Part shown: positions 57,825 to 64,000 of the stretch, in pieces
Position numbering within the stretch: the first letter of the stretch is position 1
Layout: every line of letters begins with the position of its first letter
Assembly: GCF_050485565.1 (NCBI RefSeq)
Contig: NZ_JBJHBQ010000009.1
Coordinates: 60,880-124,879 of the forward strand
Source: Glycocaulis sp.
GTDB taxonomy: Bacteria; Pseudomonadota; Alphaproteobacteria; Caulobacterales; Maricaulaceae
Length of the DNA stretch: 64,000 nucleotides
Reading direction: 5' to 3'
Translations under genes and position numbers: made by a program
Notes under the pieces: model-generated
Told to the model about the DNA's origin: nothing
Databases searched by the model: none
The model's input: the letters and a program-made list of their open reading frames with translations, nothing else

Positions 57825-58391
57825 CGCCCCGGTGAGATGCTCCGGGTTCACACCCATCTTGCGCAGCGCCATGGCCCATTTTTCCTCGTGGCTGTCGCCA
57901 AACACCAGATCCTCATCGGCTTCGGCGACCAGCCAGGCATTGGCCGAAATCTCGTCTTCCAGCTGCCCGGCCTCCCAGCCGGCATAGCCCAATGCCAGCG
58001 TGGAGCGGCGTGGCGGCGAGGGTGACGCCATGGCCTCAAGCACGTCATTGGTGGCCGTCAGGGCGAGGCCGTCGCTGATCTTCAGCGTGGCCGGTTCATG
58101 CTCGAAATCATCGGAATGCAGCACGAAGCCGCGATCACGGTCCACCGGCCCGCCATCGAGCACGGCCCGGTCTGCAACCTCGATCTCGCTCTTCACGCCC
58201 AGCTGCTCGAACAGGGTGGGCAGGCGCAGGCGCATCGGCTTGTTGACGATGATGCCCATGGCCTGATCGTCGCCATGGGCGCACATGAACACGACCGAGC
58301 GGTCAAAGCGGGGGTCCCCGATCAGCGGGCTGGCGATCAGGATCTTGCCCTTCAGATACGGGCCATCAAAGAGGGGGCGATGGGATGCCAT
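57810..58391 (-). CDS. YqgE/AlgH (UPF0301) family protein
   Basis: GKILIASPLIGDPRFDRSVVFMCAHGDDQAMGIIVNKP and GYAGWEAGQLEDE. Confidence 0.88.
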   Translation of the reverse strand: MASHRPLFDGPYLKGKILIASPLIGDPRFDRSVVFMCAHGDDQAMGIIVNKPMRLRLPTLFEQLGVKSEIEVADRAVLDGGPVDRDRGFVLHSDDFEHEPATLKISDGLALTATNDVLEAMASPSPPRRSTLALGYAGWEAGQLEDEISANAWLVAEADEDLVFGDSHEEKWAMALRKMGVNPEHLTGASGHA

Positions 58392-58534
58392 GAACAAAGC
58401 ATCAGGCCAAAACGGGGGTCTTGTCCAGACAATCCCGCCAGGAACCCGGTTCGCGGCCTTGCAGCAGGCGGCGCAGCGCACTAGCTAGCGCACAAGGCTT
58501 ATTGCCCTCAATCAACCCTGCAGGAGCGCATCCT

Positions 58535-59017
58535 ATGACCATCAAGCCCGGTGACCGCCTTCCCGACGCCACTTTCATGACCATGGGCGCCGATGGCCCC
58601 GCTCCTGTGACCACACAGGATCTCTGCCAGGGCAAGACCGTGGCCCTGTTTGCCGTGCCCGGCGCCTACACGCCCACCTGTTCGGCCAAGCACCTGCCGG
58701 GCTTTGTCGAAAAGGCCAGCCAGCTCAAGGCCAAGGGCGTTGATACGATCGCCTGCACCTCGGTCAACGATGTGTTCGTGATGAGCGCCTGGGGCAAGGA
58801 CCAGAATGCCGGTGAAGGCGTTCTGATGCTGGCGGACGGCAATGGCGACTTTGCCAAGGCCGTCGGCCTGACCATGGACGGCTCCAAATTCGGCATGGGC
58901 ACGCGTTCGCAGCGCTACGCCATGATTATCAAGGATGGCGTGGTGTCGGACCTGTTCGTGGAAGAGCCGGGCGACTTCAAGGTCTCCAGCGCGGATTACC
59001 TACTCGAAAAGCTTTAG
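58535..59017 (+). CDS. peroxiredoxin, Prx5 type
   Basis: FAVPGAYTPTCSAKHLPGF active site. Confidence 0.9.
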   Translation: MTIKPGDRLPDATFMTMGADGPAPVTTQDLCQGKTVALFAVPGAYTPTCSAKHLPGFVEKASQLKAKGVDTIACTSVNDVFVMSAWGKDQNAGEGVLMLADGNGDFAKAVGLTMDGSKFGMGTRSQRYAMIIKDGVVSDLFVEEPGDFKVSSADYLLEKL

Positions 59018-59025
59018 AGCGTTCT

Positions 59026-59133
59026 TTCCCTCGTCCTTCGAGCGCCACCGCGTCCGAAAGGATGAGGGAAAAGCGCAACCTCCAGCCCTCATCCTGAGGA
59101 GGCTTCGTTAGAAGCCGTCTCGAAGGACGAGGG
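59026..59133. repeat. Family-1 palindromic intergenic element, copy 3 of 3
   Basis: CCCTCGTCCTTCGAGCGCCACCGCGTCCGAAAGGATGAGGG...CCCTCATCCTGAGGAGGCTTCGTTAGAAGCCGTCTCGAAGGACGAGGG. Begins 9 nt after the peroxiredoxin stop. Confidence 0.85.
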
Positions 59134-59140
59134 CTGTTGC

Positions 59141-59824
59141 CTACATCAGCCCCAATTGCTTGAAGCTGGCCACATGATCGCGTCCGACGACGAGGTGGTC
59201 ATGCACCACGATTGATAGCGGCTTGCCGATCTCGATCACCTGCCGGGTCATCTCGATATCGGCGTGAGAGGGCGTCGGGTCGCCGCTGGGATGGTTGTGC
59301 ACAAGGATGAGCGCGCTGGCATCAAGGGCTATGGCCCGCTTGATGATCTCGCGCGGATAGACCGGCGCATGGTCCACCGTGCCGCGCGCCTGAAATTCGT
59401 CGGCCAGCAGGCGATTTTTCTTGTCCAGAAACAGCACCCGGAACTCTTCGGTAGAGACGTTCTGCAGAGCCGTGCGCACATAATCGAGCAGGGCAGACCA
59501 TGAGGATATGACGGCCCTGCCCGTCACCTGCTCGCGCGCGATGCGCGTCGCAACTTCCTGAAACAGGTTCAGCTCCAGCGCGACCTTTTCCGAGATTCCC
59601 TTGATCTCGGTCAGCTGGTCAGGGCGGGCCGCGCATACCCGCCCGATATCGCCAAACCGGGCGAGCAGGTCTTTGGCCAGCGGTTTGACATCGCGCTGCG
59701 GAATGGCCCGGAACAGGACAAGCTCAAGGATTTCATAGTCTGCCAGCCCCTTGCCGCCCGTTTCAGCGAAGCGTGCGCGCAGGCGGTCGCGATGACCGTG
59801 ATAATGGGGCTTGTCCGCCTCCAT
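59141..59824 (-). CDS. radC: RadC family JAB-domain protein
   Basis: HHH-type N-terminus and the JAMM-like motif LVHNHPSGDPTPSHADIEMT. Confidence 0.9.
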   Translation of the reverse strand: MEADKPHYHGHRDRLRARFAETGGKGLADYEILELVLFRAIPQRDVKPLAKDLLARFGDIGRVCAARPDQLTEIKGISEKVALELNLFQEVATRIAREQVTGRAVISSWSALLDYVRTALQNVSTEEFRVLFLDKKNRLLADEFQARGTVDHAPVYPREIIKRAIALDASALILVHNHPSGDPTPSHADIEMTRQVIEIGKPLSIVVHDHLVVGRDHVASFKQLGLM

Positions 59825-59830
59825 CCGGGC

Positions 59831-60661
59831 TTATTTCCACGGCGGGCAGTGATAGCCGGCAGGCGAGCTTGTGAATATCTCCACGCCATCTGCCGTCACG
59901 CCCACGGAGTGCTCGAACTGGGCGGACAGGGATTTGTCGCGGGTCACGGCGGTCCAGCCATCGGCGAGGATTTTCACGTGCGGTTTGCCATCATTGAGCA
60001 TTGGCTCGATGGTGAAGATCATGCCGGGCTTGAGAACCTCGCCCGTACCCCGGTCGCCGAAATGCAGCACGTTGGGCGCATCGTGGAAGAGCTGGCCGAT
60101 ACCGTGTCCGCAAAAATCGCGTACCACGCTGCAGCGCTGGCTCTCGGCATATTCCTGGATGGCCGCGCCGATATCGCCAAACGTATTGCCGGGCTTGACC
60201 TCGCCAATGCCGCGCATCAGCGCCTCATAGGTCACCTCGATCAGGCGCTCTGCCTTGCGGCGCACCTCGCCGACGGTGAACATGCGGCTGGTATCGCCAT
60301 GCCAGCCATCGACGATGCAGGTCACGTCGATATTGAGGATATCACCGTCTTTGAGCGGTTTGTCGTTCGGAATGCCATGGCAGACCACATGGTTGAGCGA
60401 GGTGCACGAGGACTTTGAATACCCCTTGTAGAAAAGGGTGGCCGGCACCGCGCCATTGGCAATGAAATTGCGCCGCACGATGTCGTCGATCGCTTGCGTG
60501 GTCACGCCGGGTTTCACGAAGTCGACCAGCAGGTCGAGCGTTGCCGCTGCCAGCTGGCCAGCCTTCCGCATGCCCGCGAACGCTTCAGGGCCGTGCTGGC
60601 GGATTTGTCCGTCGCGGATCAGTTCCACATCGTCAATCATGTCTGTATCGGTCACGTACAC
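59831..60661 (-). CDS. map: type I methionine aminopeptidase
   Basis: VCHGIPNDKPLKDGDILNIDVT, GHGIG and TIEPML metal-ligand blocks. Confidence 0.95.
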   Translation of the reverse strand: MYVTDTDMIDDVELIRDGQIRQHGPEAFAGMRKAGQLAAATLDLLVDFVKPGVTTQAIDDIVRRNFIANGAVPATLFYKGYSKSSCTSLNHVVCHGIPNDKPLKDGDILNIDVTCIVDGWHGDTSRMFTVGEVRRKAERLIEVTYEALMRGIGEVKPGNTFGDIGAAIQEYAESQRCSVVRDFCGHGIGQLFHDAPNVLHFGDRGTGEVLKPGMIFTIEPMLNDGKPHVKILADGWTAVTRDKSLSAQFEHSVGVTADGVEIFTSSPAGYHCPPWK

Positions 60662-60694
60662 TTCCCGGTTGTCTGTTCACCCCCTCATATAGCG

Positions 60695-60726
60695 CCGCCC
60701 GGAGCGTTGGGAAACGCTCCGGGCGG
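60695..60726 (-). terminator. 14-bp perfect hairpin downstream of the duplicated secreted-protein gene (no U-tract)
   Basis: CCGCCCGGAGCGTT-ggga-AACGCTCCGGGCGG. Confidence 0.4.
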
Positions 60727-60752
60727 TAAAAGTCTGGCAATGGCTCTGAGAG

Positions 60753-61733
60753 CTACTCGCTGTAGAGCTCGGAGATGTGGAGCACGGCATCGCGTAGGGA
60801 TGTGCTGGCCCAGGTCCCGACCCAGATATCGTACTGGCCCGACTGCGGGCGGTCCCAGCGAATGGACGGATTGGTGCCCTGCCCGCTGTCATCATCGCAA
60901 TACCACCTGCCATCGGGCGCGTTGATGACCAGCGTGGTGTCCGAGCTGGACGCCACTGAAATGATGAGCGGCAGCGAGCCCGGTGTGAAATTCAGGCGGA
61001 CATCGGGGGCGTCGGCGATATGGCCGGAGCAACGATTGTCCCTGCGGGCGTCGCCAGACCCTGTATCACTGATAGTGTCGCGTACACGGTTCGGTCCGCC
61101 CGACTGCAGATCAACCGTATAGGGGTCGGGTACGAAGCCGCCGCGCAGGTTCACCGTTTCGTAGCTTGGATTGAGGCGCCAGTCGGGTCCGGACGCGCTG
61201 CTGCCGCCACCGCTGCCATAGCCGACCGAGCTGGCGGTCACACTGCCGAGCTCGGAGATAAACAGCCGGGCATCGGCCAGCGAGGCGCTGCCGAACGTGC
61301 CAACCCAGATGTCATAGCGCCCGCTGGACGGGTTGTTGAACTGGACGAGCGGATTCAGGCCGTTGCCGCTATCGTCGTCGCAATACCAGCTGCCGTCCGG
61401 CCCGTTGATGACGAGGGTCGTATCAGAGCCGGAAGCGGCACCGATGCGAAGGGGAAGCGCGCCGCTGCCAGAGCTGAACTGCAGGGAGAAATCTGGCGCA
61501 TCGGCGATATAACCACGGCAACGCCGGTCCCTGTCGGCATTGCCTGAGCCGGTGTCACTCAGAGTGTTGGCGCGGACAGGTCCGCCCGATTGCAGGTCGA
61601 CCGTGTAGGGGTCCGGCATGAACCCGGCCCGTAGCGATGTATCGCCATAGCTTGGTGACAGCGTGAAGTCCTGTGCGGCGGCCATGCTGGTGGCAAGGCC
61701 GAGCGAAATGGCGGCGGCGAAGGCGTATTTCAT
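60753..61733 (-). CDS. secreted protein made of two tandem ~150-aa homologous domains, function unknown
   Basis: AGGAG upstream of ATG 61733 and signal peptide MKYAFAAAISLGLATSMAAA. Two repeats share DPYTVDLQSGGP, SDTGSG, C.G.IADAPD, DTTLVIN.PDG.WYCDDDSG, YDIWVGT and ISEL. Confidence 0.7.
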   Translation of the reverse strand: MKYAFAAAISLGLATSMAAAQDFTLSPSYGDTSLRAGFMPDPYTVDLQSGGPVRANTLSDTGSGNADRDRRCRGYIADAPDFSLQFSSGSGALPLRIGAASGSDTTLVINGPDGSWYCDDDSGNGLNPLVQFNNPSSGRYDIWVGTFGSASLADARLFISELGSVTASSVGYGSGGGSSASGPDWRLNPSYETVNLRGGFVPDPYTVDLQSGGPNRVRDTISDTGSGDARRDNRCSGHIADAPDVRLNFTPGSLPLIISVASSSDTTLVINAPDGRWYCDDDSGQGTNPSIRWDRPQSGQYDIWVGTWASTSLRDAVLHISELYSE

Positions 61734-61852
61734 ATCCCAGTCTCCTGACTTGCTTATGTCAGGTCCCGCCCGATCAATCCCAGCGCGCCTGACCCCCAAA
61801 GGCTTCTGATAAGAGCAGAGCGAGTCTGCACGCAGGATGAACACGGCTCAAT

Positions 61853-61889
61853 AAAAACCGGCCCTCTGATCCGAAATTCAGAGGGCCGG
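61853..61889 (-). terminator. Rho-independent terminator of the M28 peptidase gene
   Basis: 12-bp stem CCGGCCCTCTGA / TCAGAGGGCCGG (61858-61889), followed on the minus strand by TTTTTAT. Confidence 0.85.
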
Positions 61890-61917
61890 ATAGAAATATA
61901 ACAGTTATATCAATATG

Positions 61918-63531
61918 TTACTGCATGAAAAAGCTGTCATCGTTCCAGCGCGGTGTTTCGCTGGTATTGGCGACGGCGCTGATGATTTCGTAATTTATCA
62001 ACGCAAACTTCGCGCCCTGATCGAAGCGCAAGGGCTGCGACAGGTCATCGCCCGGCGCGTGGTAGTTACCGCCCAGGAAGCGCAGGAAGGCCGCGCCCTC
62101 ATCGTCTTCCGGATCAGGTGAGGAGAAGCCGGTCATCAGGAAGATGGACGGCACGCCTTCACGCACGAAATTATAGTGGTCGGAGCGCACGAAGAGCGAT
62201 TGCTCGGGGATCGGATCGGGCGAGAGCGATACGCCCGCGCGCGCCACGGCCTGCGCCGTGACCGGGCCGAGCGTGGAGTGCTCGGCGCCAAACGCGATCA
62301 CATCACTGAACTCGTAGAGCATGACCGGCATGTCCAGATTGATATTGGCCACCATCCGGCCCATGGCCGGTGTGGGGTTGGCGGCCACATGCGCCGACCC
62401 CAGCAGGCCCTTTTCCTCAGCCGTCAGGGCGATGAACACGACCGTGCGGGCCGGGCGCGGCCCCTGAACCAGTGCGCGTGCGGATTCCAGCATGGCGGCC
62501 GTGCCGGACGCATTGTCCAGCGCGCCGTTGCAGATGGCGTTTTCGGCCATTGGCTGGCAGATGCCGATATGGTCGAGATGGGCCGTGACCACGACAGTCT
62601 CTGCCGACAGCGCCGGGTCCGATCCCGGCAGCACGCCGATCACGTTCGCGCTGACGACCGGTTCGCGGGTGGTGGCTTGCGCCATTTCGATATGCGTGTT
62701 GAGCGCAAAGCTTTCCAGCTCTTCACCGGCAAGGGCGGCGTCCACAATCTGGCTGAAATCCCGGCCTGACCCTTCAAACAGACGCTCGGCGCTCGCCGTG
62801 CCCACCACCGCACTGACCTCGATGGAGGCCGGTGAGGCTGCGGCCGCAACCGTCATGGCAGGGCGCGGATTGGCGGCCATGGCGGCAAGCCGTGAGAAGG
62901 GGAAACGCGTCAGCCCGTCTGCCATGATGACAATGACGCCGCTGGCGCCGCGTGCTGCGGCAAACTCGGCCTTGGTGCGGTTGTTGGACAGGTGGGCGGC
63001 CACATCGCTGGGCAGATCACCGGGCGCGCCGGCGAGTAGCACGACGATGCGTCCTTCCACGTCCAGCCCGTCATAGCTATCCAGCCCCAGCCCCGGAGCC
63101 ACGATGCCGTAGCCAGCGAACACCGCATCGGCGCCAATGCTGCTTTCATCGCGGACGGTGTGGGCGCTGATGATGAAGTCGGTCCCGTGTTCCAGCGCTT
63201 CACCATTGATGGCCAGGCGTGCCCGCGCGGGGTCGGCCATCATGTTCTGCAATGGCACCGGCTCGTGATAACTGCCGTCTGATGCACCCGGCTCCAGGCC
63301 CAGCAGGCGGAAATGGCTTTCGACGTAAGCGGCGGCAATGTCATAGCCACGCGTCCCGGTATCGCGCCCTTCCAGCAGGTCGTCGGCGAGGAAGCGGATA
63401 TGCGCCTCGATTGCCCCTGCGGTGATGACATCGCCAGGTTCGGTGCTCGCTTGCGGCGCAGAGCCAGTCGTCGCGCAGGCGGACAGGAGAAGTGCGGCGC
63501 TTGCAGTTACAGCGATCAGAAAACGGCTCAT
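61918..63531 (-). CDS. M28 family aminopeptidase lipoprotein with PA domain
   Basis: Lipobox LLLSAC; metal-ligand blocks VVVTAHLDHIG, NGALDNASGTAAMLE and FIALTAEEKGLLGS. Confidence 0.85.
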   Translation of the reverse strand: MSRFLIAVTASAALLLSACATTGSAPQASTEPGDVITAGAIEAHIRFLADDLLEGRDTGTRGYDIAAAYVESHFRLLGLEPGASDGSYHEPVPLQNMMADPARARLAINGEALEHGTDFIISAHTVRDESSIGADAVFAGYGIVAPGLGLDSYDGLDVEGRIVVLLAGAPGDLPSDVAAHLSNNRTKAEFAAARGASGVIVIMADGLTRFPFSRLAAMAANPRPAMTVAAAASPASIEVSAVVGTASAERLFEGSGRDFSQIVDAALAGEELESFALNTHIEMAQATTREPVVSANVIGVLPGSDPALSAETVVVTAHLDHIGICQPMAENAICNGALDNASGTAAMLESARALVQGPRPARTVVFIALTAEEKGLLGSAHVAANPTPAMGRMVANINLDMPVMLYEFSDVIAFGAEHSTLGPVTAQAVARAGVSLSPDPIPEQSLFVRSDHYNFVREGVPSIFLMTGFSSPDPEDDEGAAFLRFLGGNYHAPGDDLSQPLRFDQGAKFALINYEIISAVANTSETPRWNDDSFFMQ

Positions 63532-63693
63532 CTCAAGAATCTCCCCTCAGATCACGCGCGTGGCGCGTTCTTCTCATGTGTGGGGTAAAGAGTTGGCTGG
63601 TCCGGCTCAATCGCCCCGCGCATAACCTTGCCGAAGTTTCATGTTTGCCGTGCGTGAATATGCATTAGAGCGGGGCAAAAGGAGGTTTGGTGA

Positions 63694-64000
63694 TGAGTTC
63701 GGCCAATGACAGCATTGTCCGTCTGGCGCTGTCTGTCGGTCTTTCAATTGACCCGGATTCATTGCGTTTCAACGAGACGGGCCTTGATTTTCAGGTGGTC
63801 TTTGCGGCCGACGCCGAGGGACGCGCATGGGTATTGCGGATACCCCGGCGGCCCGATGCCGCGAGCAAGGCGCAGCTGGAGGCGCGTGCATTGCGCCTGT
63901 TTGCCCCTTTTCTGCCGGTGAAGGTTCCAGACTGGCAGGTGTTTGATGCGACGCTGATCGCATACCCGCTGCTGGACGGGGAGCCCGGACTGACTTTTGA
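63694..64000 (+). CDS. APH-family phosphotransferase, macrolide 2'-phosphotransferase (Mph)-like, 5' part only
   Basis: The open frame runs to the window edge. MSSANDSIVRLALSVGLSIDPDSLRFNETGLDFQVVFAADAEGRAWVLRIPRRPDA...VPDWQVFDATLIAYPLLDGEPGLTF resembles my memory of Mph(A)-type N-termini. Not in the ORF track because there is no stop. Confidence 0.6.

Overview
High-GC, densely coding chromosomal core segment with alphaproteobacterial gene content and synteny (Caulobacterales/Hyphomonadaceae-like). Markers are coxB-coxA-ctaB-coxF-ctaG-coxC-DUF983-SURF1, ribF-ileS-lspA-DUF3035, methyltransferase-comF-grxC-nit-DUF1178, plant-type gshA and cheY-cheZ. I support about 65 CDS, mostly housekeeping: mutL, rsmD, rluB, tadA, panD, ribF, ileS, lspA, msrB, ubiA, rsmE, gshA, secA, mutT, tldD, map, radC and the aa3 oxidase operon. 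I found no rRNA, tRNA, CRISPR array, transposase, integrase or phage gene, and no recognisable defence island. The many long ORFs antisense to clear genes are high-GC artefacts. The parts worth a second look are listed here. (1) A Pho-type module: phnC, a fused PhnD-PhnE binding-protein/permease gene, five 11-bp-phased Pho-box-like heptamers, an orphan PstS-like binding protein and a pentapeptide-repeat protein. (2) Three families of structured palindromic intergenic repeats plus a duplicated terminator hairpin, almost all sitting between convergent genes. (3) Two convergent gene pairs whose stop codons lie inside one palindrome. (4) An AT-rich leader upstream of a TonB-dependent receptor, with an SD-sequestering hairpin and a palindromic operator-like site. 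(5) Several poorly characterised secreted proteins: an internally duplicated Cys-containing protein, a Q-rich protein coupled to an M23 peptidase, a bilobed retropepsin-like protease and a lipoprotein MsrB. (6) An odc plus deoxyhypusine-synthase-like polyamine operon. (7) Two small genes the ORF track misses or obscures: a CoxF-like 54-aa membrane protein and an Flp-type pilin without a canonical start. All functional calls come from my own motif recognition in the translations; no database search was run.
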